Shown here: piece after piece, positions 1 through 9,511 of the stretch
How the letters are laid out: every line of letters starts with the position of its first letter
How positions within the stretch are numbered: position 1 is the first letter of the stretch
Source: Desulfomicrobium sp.
Lineage (GTDB): Bacteria; Desulfobacterota; Desulfovibrionia; Desulfovibrionales; Desulfomicrobiaceae
Assembly (NCBI GenBank): GCA_040768745.1
Contig: JAXGMI010000003.1
Span: forward strand, 192,001 to 256,000
DNA: 64,000 nt
Direction of reading: 5' to 3'
Program-made: the position numbers and the translations under genes
Notes under the pieces: generated by a model
What the model saw: the letters and a program-made list of their open reading frames with translations, nothing else
Database searches by the model: none
What the model was told of the DNA's origin: nothing

Positions 1-827
1 AGCGCGATGACGCCCTCGGCGATCATGGAGCCGTAGAACACGCTGCGCCCGTATTTCTCGTTGGGCAGGCAGCGGGCCATCATCGGCGACTGGGTGGCGT
101 GGAACCCGCTGACCGCGCCGCAGGCGATGGTGATGAACATCAGCGGCCACATGGGCAGGCCCTCGGGGTTGATGTTCTCGAAGGTCTTCTGGGGGAAGAA
201 TTCGTAGCCCTTGATGATGAGCATGGTGATTGTCCCCAGGGCCATGAAGATGAGGACCGCTCCGAAAACCGGGTAGATGCGCCCGATGATCTTGTCGATG
301 GGCAGGATCGTGGCCAGGAAATAGTAGGCGATGATGATGCCGATGAGCACGTTGCGGTCGATGCCGGTCAGGCTCTCCAGCAGTTCGGCGGGCCCGAGGA
401 AGAATACCACCCCGACGAGGATCAGGAGGACGATGGAGAACACGCGCATGAGCTGCTTGAAGGCGTTGCCGAGGTTCTGGCCGACGATGTCCGGTACGCC
501 GCGGCCCTCGAAGCGCACGGACAGCATGCCCGAAAAGTAGTCGTGCACCGCCCCGCCGAAGATGCAGCCGAAGACGATCCAGATCAGGGCCACGGGCCCG
601 TAGAGGGCGCCGAGGATGGGACCGTAGATGGGCCCCAGGCCGGCGATGTTCAGAAGCTGGATGAGGAAGATCTTCCAGTTCGGCATGACCATGTAGTCCA
701 CGCCGTCCGCCATGGTCACGGCCGGAGTCGGCCTGGACGGGTCGACGCCGAAGGCCCGGTCCACGATTGCGCCGTAGATGAAATAGCCGAGCAGCAAGAG
801 CCCCACGCTGGAGAAAAAGAGTATCAT
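1..827 (-). CDS. cstA: Carbon starvation protein A family transporter (3' end runs off window)
   Basis: Translated by hand (not in ORF track): MILFFSSVGLLLLGYFIYG...RPTPAVTMADGVDYMVMPNWKIFLIQLLNIAGLGPIYGPILGALYGP...IFGGAVHDYFSGMLSVR, typical CstA motifs; GGAAGGA upstream. Confidence 0.9.
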   Translation of the reverse strand, partial: MILFFSSVGLLLLGYFIYGAIVDRAFGVDPSRPTPAVTMADGVDYMVMPNWKIFLIQLLNIAGLGPIYGPILGALYGPVALIWIVFGCIFGGAVHDYFSGMLSVRFEGRGVPDIVGQNLGNAFKQLMRVFSIVLLILVGVVFFLGPAELLESLTGIDRNVLIGIIIAYYFLATILPIDKIIGRIYPVFGAVLIFMALGTITMLIIKGYEFFPQKTFENINPEGLPMWPLMFITIACGAVSGFHATQSPMMARCLPNEKYGRSVFYGSMIAEGVIA

Positions 828-949
828 GGTGCCATCCTTCCTGATTTGATTGAAACGGAACCCGCCCGTTCAGCGGTGGTCGCCTCCCGCGCTTCGAAGC
901 GGACAGCTACGGGTGCGACCGGTCTGCCCTATGCATCCCTGGACACCGC

Positions 950-1822
950 TCAATAGCCCGGCGGGGGACCGCTGATCATGTAGACGACGTTGCCGCCCTG
1001 ATACCCGCGGTTGTACCAGGTCGTCCCGCACTGGTAGTAGCTGACGCCGTTGACGATGACTTCGTTGCCGGCGCAGGGCAGGGCCGTGACATAGGTCACG
1101 TTGGTCACGTGCGTGACGTCCGGCTGCGACGCCGCCCCGGCGATGACCCCGACGGTCGCTCCGATGGCCGCGCCGACGACGAAGGCTCCGAGCTCGTCGT
1201 CATCGTCGTCCCAACCATCGTCATAATGATGGTGGTCCCAATCGTCCTCGGCGAAGTCCTGCCAATCCTCGCGGGAGTCGTCCATGTGCTCCTGCCAGTC
1301 TTCGCGGGCGTCGTCGCGGTTTTCCAGCCGCTGCTCCTGACCCTCGAGCCGGTCGTCGCGGGCCGCGTCGCGATTCTCGCCCCGCTGGGCCTGACGGTCC
1401 GTCGACGTCTCCTGGCGCTGGCCTTGCCGTTCCGAGGAGGCCTGCTGACGCGTCCCCTGCCGTTGGGTCGCGCCTTCCTGGCGAGTCGCCTGCCGCGTGG
1501 ACGGGCTGGCGGCCTGCTGCCGGGTACCGGACTGGGTCACGCGTTGCGCCGGGCCGGCCTGACGGGTTTCAGGCCGGGCCTGTCGCTGCACCGATCCGGA
1601 CTGCCGGGTCGACGGACGGGCGGCGCTTCTGGACCCGGAGGAAAATCCTCCTCCCCTGGCCGGGCTGGACCGCGTGAAATCGCTCCCGCCGCTGCGGCCT
1701 CCTCCGCTGCGTCCTCCGCCGCTTCGGGCTCCGCCCCGGGCTTCGACAAATCCCGTCATGGCCGTCGAAAGCAGAAACATGAGCGCCACGATGATGGCTG
1801 CCACTCGATTCAAGCCACTCAT
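950..1822 (-). CDS. Secreted low-complexity hypothetical protein (Gly/Arg/Gln-rich, Asp/Trp-rich block, hydrophobic helix, C-terminal Cys/Tyr-rich domain)
   Basis: Real start within ORF 950..2809 is MSGLNRVAAIIVALMFLLSTA (signal peptide); ATG overlaps the upstream gene's TGA. Confidence 0.7.
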   Translation of the reverse strand: MSGLNRVAAIIVALMFLLSTAMTGFVEARGGARSGGGRSGGGRSGGSDFTRSSPARGGGFSSGSRSAARPSTRQSGSVQRQARPETRQAGPAQRVTQSGTRQQAASPSTRQATRQEGATQRQGTRQQASSERQGQRQETSTDRQAQRGENRDAARDDRLEGQEQRLENRDDAREDWQEHMDDSREDWQDFAEDDWDHHHYDDGWDDDDDELGAFVVGAAIGATVGVIAGAASQPDVTHVTNVTYVTALPCAGNEVIVNGVSYYQCGTTWYNRGYQGGNVVYMISGPPPGY

Positions 1823-2649
1823 TGTGCACCCCCTTCCTGCATGGGGAGGGCCCCCTTCTTCCTGGCGGGAGCCAGAAGCGGGATCTTTTCGGCGCCCGCC
1901 GGAGGCGTGAAGGAAAAGCTCGCGTCCGTGACCGCGGGCGAAAGATCCCAATCGGACAGCTCGGCCCAGAACTGCGGCTGGCCCGGTTCCTTCTTGTAGG
2001 TGATGACGGCCCTGCGCGGCAGGGGCCGTTCGCCCTGGGCGACCCAGACCTGCAGATCGACATTTTCGGAACGGACCGCCAGATGATCCGTGGGAACGTC
2101 GAACAGGAAATTCTCCTCGACGAAACTGACCAAGGTGACCATCTTCTCCAGGCTGCCCCGGAAGCCGGTGTGGAACATCCTGGCCAGGGGCAAGGTCAGG
2201 CGAAGGTCCCGGACCATGTACACGAGCATCTCGTCGACGGTGGCATTCCTGTCCACCTGGGCAAAAACGTTGTCGTCGGCCTTGAAGGCGGTCAGCACCT
2301 TGCCGTCGAACAGGATCAGCCCCCGGTCGCCGTCGCTGCGTTCGGCCTCGACCCGCATGCGGTCGGGGCGCTGGAGCGTGACCCTGCGCTTCTCGCCGAA
2401 CTCGATCCGCTGGCCGTCGGCCTGGATCGCGTCGTACCCGCTGCGGATGGTCACGCTGAAGGCCTGTGCGCCGCCGATGAGTCCGGCCATGTCCAGCAGG
2501 CGCGCCCTGAATTCCTGGTTTTGCACCGCGACGCCCTGAGCCGTCGCGTTCTCGGCGGACCAGGCCGCAGGGGTGAAGAACGTCGTCAGCGCCGCCATCA
2601 ACGCAAGGCAAAATAAGAGAAAAATCCGCCATGCTCCGAAAATTTCCAT
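1819..2649 (-). CDS. DUF2092-like periplasmic protein
   Basis: Signal peptide; RPDRMRV, LIxFDGK, TDHLAVRSENVDLQVWVAQGERPLP motifs; GGAGGAG RBS. Confidence 0.75.
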   Translation of the reverse strand: MEIFGAWRIFLLFCLALMAALTTFFTPAAWSAENATAQGVAVQNQEFRARLLDMAGLIGGAQAFSVTIRSGYDAIQADGQRIEFGEKRRVTLQRPDRMRVEAERSDGDRGLILFDGKVLTAFKADDNVFAQVDRNATVDEMLVYMVRDLRLTLPLARMFHTGFRGSLEKMVTLVSFVEENFLFDVPTDHLAVRSENVDLQVWVAQGERPLPRRAVITYKKEPGQPQFWAELSDWDLSPAVTDASFSFTPPAGAEKIPLLAPARKKGALPMQEGGAQ

Positions 2650-3365
2650 GACTCCTCCTTCTTCCACATGAGCGCCCTTGGCCGAATCGTCCCTGCGCAA
2701 GGCGCCAAATACGACCAGCCGGAAAGCCTCCGTGCACGCATCGTGCGGGACAGGTTGACACGGTGCAGATCAAGAAACGCACCAACCCGTCTCGCAGCGA
2801 CAGAAACACGTATCAGCAAGAATTGAATGATGATTTCTGGACCAGCCCAACAGCAGGCAAGCTGGCAGGTTGCAGAGGAGACGAAATAGGAATTGCGGGA
2901 CGGCATTTCGCCCTCGGCGCTGCGCATCCCCGACGGCACTGGACAGGAATCGTGGCGGGCATCCCTGCCGGAGTGGTGTCCCGGAAGCTGATAGTTTCAT
3001 GGCACCCCACCAGATCATCGTCCGTGCACGCTTCAAGTTTTTTGATTCGTCAGCGGATTGGGGACTGCGATTGGATCACCCTGAGTACAGCGGGATCGGC
3101 TGGCTTGCTGCCATGAATCATCCGTGCGGCGCAGAATTCAGGTCCGCCAAGTGTCCGGCCGCATTCCCGCCACATCGTCTGTTTGCGCATTTCCCCGGCA
3201 TGGGAGGGCAGTGGCGTGCATCAGGGAGGTCTCCAGGGATGCGCTCTGTCCGGAAAAAATGTACTGGAATGCATCACTGCACCACATTCTCCCCAACATG
3301 GCAGGAACCCAGCACAGATACGGATGGCCCCACGCAAACGCACGTTTTTGTCCGGAGCACGCACC

Positions 3366-4700
3366 ATGAGTTATGCAAGAAAAATTTCCTTGAAAACATT
3401 CGCCTATCGGATTCTGGTGGCCCGATTGGCCATGATGACGGTGGCCATAGCCCTGCTTCTGGCCGTGGCTGTCTACATGATGGAGCAGACTCGCCTGGAG
3501 CAGGCCTTTGTGGCGGAAACCAGGAAAGACCTGCTGCAGCTTGTGGCGCGCACCCAGATGATCCAGTCTGAACGCAAGGGGAATTTCTCTTCTGCATTCC
3601 ACCAGGCCATCGAGGAGTCGGCCGCCCTGCGGCAGAAAGACGAACTGGGGGATGTCGTCTATATCCGGTTCTATCTCCCGGGGATACCCGGAGCCGAGGA
3701 ATACACGGACTCCTCCCTTGGCTACCATGAAGCCGTTCGGAACCATATGCGCGCCCTTCCACGACCAGAGCCCGGGGCCAAGCAGCAGGTGTCGGAAACC
3801 ATGAAAATCGACGGACATTTGCTCTTGCATGCCGTCCTGCCCATCACAAACATCAAACAGGACGTTTCTCTTTACACACAGGTTGTCTATGCTCCGTCAG
3901 AACCTGTTATCAAAAGCATGAACAAATCAGTATTGAGGGCAGCTTTAGGTGTCATTGCTGTGGTATTCATGACGACAATATTGCTTTACCCAGTCATAGT
4001 ACGACTTGTGAACAGACTTACTGCATTTTCTCAAAATCTCATCACTGCGAATCTGGAGACTCTTTCTTTGCTCGGATGCGTCATTGCAAAGCGGGACAGC
4101 AGCACGGATGAACACAACTACCGGGTGACCCTCTATGCAGTGCGCATTGCCGAAAAACTGGGAATGGATGCAGGAGAAATGCGGTCCCTCGTGAAGGGGG
4201 CATTCCTGCATGACATCGGTAAAATCGCCATTCAAGACAATATCCTGCGCAAGAAGGACCAGCTCACGGCAGAAGAATTCGAAATCATGAAGACGCACGT
4301 CAACCATGGACTGGATGTGGTGACCCGCTCAACGTGGCTTCGCGACGCCGAGGCAGTCGTCGGTGGTCATCACGAAAAATACGACGGGAAAGGCTACCCG
4401 CAGGGGACTTCTGGAAAGGACATCCCTTTGCTGGCCCGGATCTTTGCCGTGGCCGATGTCTTCGATGCCCTGACATCGGTCCGGCCGTACAAGGAACCCA
4501 TGGGCTGCGAAGCGGCCCTGGAGATCCTTCACCACCGCCGCAACACCCATTTCGACCCTGAAATCCTGGATGTCTTCATGGGTCAGGCAAAGTCGCTGTA
4601 CCAGCGCTACGCCAACCGACTCAGCGACGAATTACGCTCCGAATTGCTGGATGTTGCCGGGCAGTATTTTCATGACGGCGCGGATGGTTTGACCTACTAG
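3366..4700 (+). CDS. Membrane-bound HD-GYP cyclic-di-GMP phosphodiesterase
   Basis: Two TM helices around a periplasmic domain; LHDIGK, HHEKYDGKGYP, ADVFDAL..RPYK. Confidence 0.88.
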   Translation: MSYARKISLKTFAYRILVARLAMMTVAIALLLAVAVYMMEQTRLEQAFVAETRKDLLQLVARTQMIQSERKGNFSSAFHQAIEESAALRQKDELGDVVYIRFYLPGIPGAEEYTDSSLGYHEAVRNHMRALPRPEPGAKQQVSETMKIDGHLLLHAVLPITNIKQDVSLYTQVVYAPSEPVIKSMNKSVLRAALGVIAVVFMTTILLYPVIVRLVNRLTAFSQNLITANLETLSLLGCVIAKRDSSTDEHNYRVTLYAVRIAEKLGMDAGEMRSLVKGAFLHDIGKIAIQDNILRKKDQLTAEEFEIMKTHVNHGLDVVTRSTWLRDAEAVVGGHHEKYDGKGYPQGTSGKDIPLLARIFAVADVFDALTSVRPYKEPMGCEAALEILHHRRNTHFDPEILDVFMGQAKSLYQRYANRLSDELRSELLDVAGQYFHDGADGLTY

Positions 4701-4830
4701 GCAGGGCGTTGACGGTCGTGATGGCCCCGGCCGGATTCGCCGGCGTGACCTTCTTTCCGGTCAGTTCCTCAACCTTGCCCATGTAGCGCAGCACCTCGGC
4801 CTTCCACATTTCCCGGTACCCTTTGCTTGT
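4700..4830 (-). pseudogene. Short internal remnant resembling 2-hydroxyacyl-CoA dehydratase / double-cubane reductase family
   Basis: GYREMWKAEVLRYMGKVEELTGKKVTPANPAGAITTVNA resembles the family's 'EELTGxxITxExL..AI..N' segment (from memory); flanks do not continue the similarity. Confidence 0.4.
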
Positions 4831-5026
4831 CACCACTTCCTCCGTGTCAAATTTTCCATTCTTGGCGGGAAAGCGGATCAGGAAGCAAATCAAAATATTG
4901 GATTCATCCTTCTTGAAGACATTGACTTTGCCGTTTCCAGTCACGGGGAACGGCCGGGGCCGAATATACAATCCGACGAATGCGATGGCCTGGATGAAAT
5001 CGTCCGACAGATCGACAAAATTCATC

Positions 5027-5055
5027 TTTACTCGTTATTTCGTTCGGAATACTTT
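5027..5055 (+). promoter_or_regulatory. Putative sigma-70 promoter for the riboswitch-MFS transcript
   Basis: TTTACT-N17-TACTTT ending about 7 nt before the aptamer. Confidence 0.45.
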
Positions 5056-5062
5056 TCGATTC

Positions 5063-5109
5063 GGGGATGGAGTCCCCCTTGAACCGCGACAGCCGCCGAT
5101 GACTCCTAC
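5063..5109 (+). ncRNA. Fluoride (crcB-motif) riboswitch aptamer
   Basis: GGGGATGGAGTCCCCC...AACCGC...GCCGATGACTCCTAC matches the GGnGAUGGnGUUC..AACCGC..GCUGAUGACnCCUAC pattern. Confidence 0.88.
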
Positions 5110-5173
5110 TTTCGCAACAGCGATGGTAGGAATTTTGCGGTCAAATGAAACCACGCTCAGACGTGGTTTTTTT
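5104..5173 (+). terminator. Expression-platform hairpins / intrinsic terminator in the MFS leader
   Basis: TCCTAC..GTAGGA stem overlaps the aptamer 3' end; second hairpin AAACCACG-CTCAGA-CGTGGTTT followed by T tract. Confidence 0.65.
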
Positions 5174-5213
5174 ATTGGGCCGACTTGTCCGCCCCCAACC
5201 CAAGGAGAACAAT

Positions 5214-6422
5214 ATGGGATTCATATATGACACGTTTAAAGCTCGCGCGGCTCTGCCCGAGGAGGTCAAGCGCCTCGGCTGGGTCAGTTTCTTCATGGAT
5301 GTGGCCTCGGAAATGGTCTATCCCGTGGTCCCGCTCTTCCTGACCTCCGTGCTCGGCGCTCCCGTGGCCGTGCTCGGCGCCATCGAAGGTCTGGCCGAGG
5401 TCATCGTCAGCGTGATGAAGGGCGCCTCCGGCTGGCACTGCGACAAGCTGGGCCGGCGTGTGCCGTACATCCGCTGGGGCTACGGACTGGGGGCCATATC
5501 CAAGCCGCTCATGGCCCTGGCCTTTTCCTGGCCCATGATCCTGCTGTCCCGGGCCATGGACCGCACCGGCAAGGGGTTGCGCACCACGGCCCGGGACGCC
5601 CTGATCGCCGACGCCGTGGACGCCTCCCAGGGCGGCCAGGCCTTCGGCTTCCACCGCATGATGGATACGGCCGGGGCCATGATCGGCGTGCTGCTGGCCA
5701 CGATGCTCCTTTTTCTGCTTCCCGGCCACTACCGGACCAGCTTCCTCATCGCGACTGTGCCGGGCCTTGCCGCCGTGTGGCTGACCTTCCGTCTGCACGA
5801 AGCAGCCAAGACCCCGGCCTACGCGCCTTCCCAGGCCCGCGTCCCGTTGGCCGGCAAGCCCTGGTCCGGACTGCCCAAGGCCTTCTGGCTGACCCTGGCC
5901 CCGCTGCTGGTCTTCGCCTTCGCCAATTCCTCGGACACCTTCCTCATCCTGCGCGCCAAGGACCTTGGCCTGTCCGACACGCAGTCCATCATGGCCTACC
6001 TGCTCTTCAACCTCGTCTACGCGCTCAGCGCCTACCCCCTCGGGATCCTGAGCGACCGGGTGGGCCGCTGGCGGATGGTCCTCGGGGGCTGGATGCTGTA
6101 CGGTTTCGTCTATCTCGGCGTGGCCAATGCGGGCATGGGCGACGTGTGGTGGCTTTTCGCCCTGTACGGGCTGTTCATGGGGCTGACCGAAGGCGTGGGC
6201 CGCGCGCTCATCCGCGACCGCATACCCGAGGACCGCAAGGGCACGGCCATGGGCATCTTCCACATGGGCGTGGGGCTCATGATGCTGGCCGGGAGCGTCA
6301 CCGCCGGCCTGTGCTGGGACCTGATCGGTTCGCGCGCGCCGTTCGTGCTCGGCGGCACGGTTGCCTTCCTGGCCGTCATCGTCGCACTGGCGGTGCGCCC
6401 GAAAATCAGAGCCGCGACATAG
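5214..6422 (+). CDS. MFS transporter
   Basis: About 12 TM segments; DxASEM..P, GILSDRVGR MFS motif; AAGGAG RBS. Confidence 0.9.
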   Translation: MGFIYDTFKARAALPEEVKRLGWVSFFMDVASEMVYPVVPLFLTSVLGAPVAVLGAIEGLAEVIVSVMKGASGWHCDKLGRRVPYIRWGYGLGAISKPLMALAFSWPMILLSRAMDRTGKGLRTTARDALIADAVDASQGGQAFGFHRMMDTAGAMIGVLLATMLLFLLPGHYRTSFLIATVPGLAAVWLTFRLHEAAKTPAYAPSQARVPLAGKPWSGLPKAFWLTLAPLLVFAFANSSDTFLILRAKDLGLSDTQSIMAYLLFNLVYALSAYPLGILSDRVGRWRMVLGGWMLYGFVYLGVANAGMGDVWWLFALYGLFMGLTEGVGRALIRDRIPEDRKGTAMGIFHMGVGLMMLAGSVTAGLCWDLIGSRAPFVLGGTVAFLAVIVALAVRPKIRAAT

Positions 6423-6525
6423 CGGGAAGGGGGTGGAAACCTTGGGTACCATAGAGTTGCGGGAAATTACGGTCGAACTGCATTTTTCCGTGAACCGCAG
6501 GCGGGACGAAACGGCCGTAATCAGA

Positions 6526-6813
6526 CTAGGAGGCAGAACAGGCCTTCCTTTTCTCGCGTCGAATAAGAAAAAGGTTGCGGAAGTAAATGATGAAACCGGT
6601 CGATTGGCCGACAATGAATACAATATCGCGGCGTAATATTGCATAAGCCAAAAGAAATACGCTTCCAATTAGGCTGAAATACCAAAAATTCGTTGGTATG
6701 ACACTTTTTTTGTTTTTTTCAGAGACAATCCACTGCCAGAAAAAACGCATGAAGAAAAAGAATTGTCCGCAAAACCCTATCATGAGCAACAGCCACTGCG
6801 ACGAATAATTCAT
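6526..6813 (-). CDS. Lipid A biosynthesis N-terminal (LAB_N) domain membrane protein
   Basis: GFCGQFFFFMRFFWQWIVSEK..SVIP..FWYFSLIG...RRDIVFIVGQ. Confidence 0.85.
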   Translation of the reverse strand: MNYSSQWLLLMIGFCGQFFFFMRFFWQWIVSEKNKKSVIPTNFWYFSLIGSVFLLAYAILRRDIVFIVGQSTGFIIYFRNLFLIRREKRKACSAS

Positions 6814-6826
6814 GGGACTCCTTGAA

Positions 6827-7828
6827 TCAGCTATTCTTAAAAATACGATTCTTTGCGGCAAAAAGGATAATCGCCGTTATTATATTGAGTAGAATGAACA
6901 CAATGTGGTGCTTCAAAATAAATGGTCCGACATGTACGGTCAGGTTCATGTCCAACCATTCATGCACCTTGAAATGCGCCGAAGCGGGGATGATGCGCTC
7001 GGAAACCATGCCGGGTCCAACGGTCAGCCCCACGGCATGATGGAACTGCCTGCCTCGCGACTCGTGCAGCCGAGCGCCTCCCCCACCCGTGACAATGTAC
7101 TCGACGTTGCCCAAGCTGGTCCGGTTGTAGCCGTGAAAGTCCGCGGCCAGGACGTAATCGATCCCGAGGGCTTCGAAAGCCCGTTCGAACTCCTTTTCGT
7201 CGGCCGTATGCCGCTCCTGGATGTCCGGGGAAACGCAGGGCGGAATGTGCATGAAGACGAAACGATTGCGGTATGCGGCGAGTTCCCTCTGATCGAAAGA
7301 ACCCAGGTATTCCAGGGATTGGCGGTTTGAGAAGCGCTTGTCGAGATGGCTGATGAAAATGAACAGGTCGCCGTTGTGTGCAAAGGAAAAATTGCTCGGC
7401 CCGTACTCCTTCTCGAAATGTTCCAGGGGAAAGCCCTTCGGGTCCACGTCGTGGTTGCCCGGCGTGAAAAAAACTGGGCAGGCAAATCCGAAACCAGCCG
7501 CCCTCTGACGGTAATACGCATGCCAATCGCCGCTGGCCCCATCGACCCAATCCCCGAGGATGACGACAAAGGCCGGATGCGCCACGTGGATATCCCGCGC
7601 CAGGTCCTCGAATGTCCCGGGGCTGCGAGGATCGCCGACTACCACGAAGGTGTACGGCCTCCCGTCGCCGGAATTTTCAAGGACGGCGCGAACCTCTATG
7701 AAGTTCCCGAAATTCGGCGGAAATTCGGACATCCGCGCATGATGGGCCGACAAGCACGCGAAGATCTGCGCTCCCAGGACGAACGCGAACAAGGTCAGCG
7801 TCCCAACAAATATGTTTCGCTTGTTCAT
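6827..7828 (-). CDS. Membrane-anchored metallophosphoesterase (calcineurin-like)
   Basis: VVGD, LGDWV, PGNHD, MHIPP, FHGY, VTGGGGA motifs; N- and C-terminal TM segments. Confidence 0.82.
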   Translation of the reverse strand: MNKRNIFVGTLTLFAFVLGAQIFACLSAHHARMSEFPPNFGNFIEVRAVLENSGDGRPYTFVVVGDPRSPGTFEDLARDIHVAHPAFVVILGDWVDGASGDWHAYYRQRAAGFGFACPVFFTPGNHDVDPKGFPLEHFEKEYGPSNFSFAHNGDLFIFISHLDKRFSNRQSLEYLGSFDQRELAAYRNRFVFMHIPPCVSPDIQERHTADEKEFERAFEALGIDYVLAADFHGYNRTSLGNVEYIVTGGGGARLHESRGRQFHHAVGLTVGPGMVSERIIPASAHFKVHEWLDMNLTVHVGPFILKHHIVFILLNIITAIILFAAKNRIFKNS

Positions 7829-7894
7829 GATGCTCACGACTTGATTTCTTACGACTCCTCTACGCACTTCCTTCCTGATCCAAACCACGGCGAA

Positions 7895-9511
7895 TCATTT
7901 CTCGTCACGGCGTTCGAGTTTGACCAGGTGTATGACGTCCCCGGACAAATCGGAGACGTGCAGGCTATTTTCCGACGTATAGCCATTCAGTGCATCCGGC
8001 ATGACCAGATATTTTTTTCGCGAAACAAAACAAAGCGATTCTGGAAGTCCGTTTGCGCCGCAATCTGCCTGCGCGAGCGGTTTTTTCCCGATGATCCACG
8101 AATCCTGTAATTTCAGGAATCCGTCGGCAATAACCGGCCGCTCCGCCACGAAAGAGCGGATTTCGGTCAACGGCACGGACAAATTCCCGGCATTCGGGCG
8201 GACAAAGGCTGGCAATGCCAGGAGGCACAACCCAAGAATCACGAACTTGACCGCGAAAAGGGCGGTCAGACGCTGGCGGCGATGCAGCAGGAAGAGGACC
8301 GCAGCCCCAAGGGCGAACAATGTGGCCACAGCTGCAACCCCAGGGCCGTCCAGGGCAGGAAATCGCGGCCGCAGCCAGAGCAGCGCAGTCGGAATTCCAA
8401 TGCACGCAAGCCCGAAAATCACGGTGTTCGCCTGAACGAGCACGCGCCCAAAGCGTCCGCCTTTTTCCGGATCGCGCAGCAAACCCGTCATGTACACGCC
8501 CATGAGCTGGCTCAGGGGGACAAGAACGGGCAGCAGATACCGGTCCTTCTTTTCCGGGACGAGCATGAGCAGCAGGACGCAGCCGAGGCTCCACAGCACA
8601 GGACGCCAGTACGGCATCAGCGGCTCGACCAGTGGACGCGCATGCCCCGGCCACAGCGCGGCGCACGCAAGCAGGGCCCAGATGCCCGTCATGAGCGGAA
8701 ATTGCAGATAAAACCAGAAGGGCTTGGTGTGCTCCGTGAACCAGGCGCCCTGCTCCGTGACAAGCATGCGTGAGAAATCGTGCGGCATGGCCAGCCAAGC
8801 GGCCGCGAACCAGACGGATGACAGCGTGATTCCGATCCCCAGCGCCAGCCCCAGTTCCTTGCCGTGGGTCCGGACCCCTTTCCAGCCGCCTGTCGAGAGG
8901 AGGGATACGGCAAAGGGCAGCAGCAGGGCGTAATAGCCGACAGGCCCCTTGCTCAAGCCCGACAAACCGAGAAGCAGCCCTGTTCCCACGGCCAACTTCC
9001 TTCTGGGCGAGGAGGATTCGACGATCACCGCCAGCCCCCATATCGCGGCCAACATGAAAGCATGGCAATAAATGTCCCAACTGTTGCGTCGGGCCATGAG
9101 CACGAACATGTAGCTGGTGGTCAAAAAGGCCGTGGCCCACGCAGCGGCAGTCGTGCTTCTGGTCCAGAAACGGGTCAGCCCGAAGAGCGAAGCGGCGAGA
9201 AGCACGCCGGCCAGGGCCGAGGGGATGCGGTTCACCGTCAGATCCGTGTCCTGCCCGTGGTTGCCGATCAGCATGGCCGCCGCCGTGAGCCATGTCGGCA
9301 ACGGCGGCTTGGCCAAGCGCGGCTCCCCGTGCAGAGTGGGCAGGAACCAGTGTCCCGTCTCGATCATTTCCCGGGCCGTGATGAGGTTGCGGGCCTCCAT
9401 GATATCCACGCCGAGCACGCCGCGGTGCGCGAACACTGTGGCGTACAGCAGGATGGTCAGGCCGATCAGGCCTCCCAGCACAGGGAGGATTCGAGCGCGT
9501 CCGGAGATCAT
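7895..9511 (-). CDS. ArnT/PMT-family (GT-C) glycosyltransferase
   Basis: EARNLITAREM...PTLHGEPRLAKPPLPTW, LSKGPV, KKDRYLLP; many TM segments. Confidence 0.85.
   Translation of the reverse strand: MISGRARILPVLGGLIGLTILLYATVFAHRGVLGVDIMEARNLITAREMIETGHWFLPTLHGEPRLAKPPLPTWLTAAAMLIGNHGQDTDLTVNRIPSALAGVLLAASLFGLTRFWTRSTTAAAWATAFLTTSYMFVLMARRNSWDIYCHAFMLAAIWGLAVIVESSSPRRKLAVGTGLLLGLSGLSKGPVGYYALLLPFAVSLLSTGGWKGVRTHGKELGLALGIGITLSSVWFAAAWLAMPHDFSRMLVTEQGAWFTEHTKPFWFYLQFPLMTGIWALLACAALWPGHARPLVEPLMPYWRPVLWSLGCVLLLMLVPEKKDRYLLPVLVPLSQLMGVYMTGLLRDPEKGGRFGRVLVQANTVIFGLACIGIPTALLWLRPRFPALDGPGVAAVATLFALGAAVLFLLHRRQRLTALFAVKFVILGLCLLALPAFVRPNAGNLSVPLTEIRSFVAERPVIADGFLKLQDSWIIGKKPLAQADCGANGLPESLCFVSRKKYLVMPDALNGYTSENSLHVSDLSGDVIHLVKLERRDEK

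Noticed and set aside
99..956. 285-aa plus-strand ORF
   Set aside because: Antisense shadow of cstA on the minus strand
950..2809. 619-aa ORF as a single protein
   Set aside because: The N-terminal half is an off-frame overlay of the DUF2092 gene; the real gene starts at 1822
2700..3360. Short ORFs or ncRNA in the gap before the HD-GYP gene
   Set aside because: No recognisable protein motif, RBS-supported ORF or riboswitch consensus found by eye
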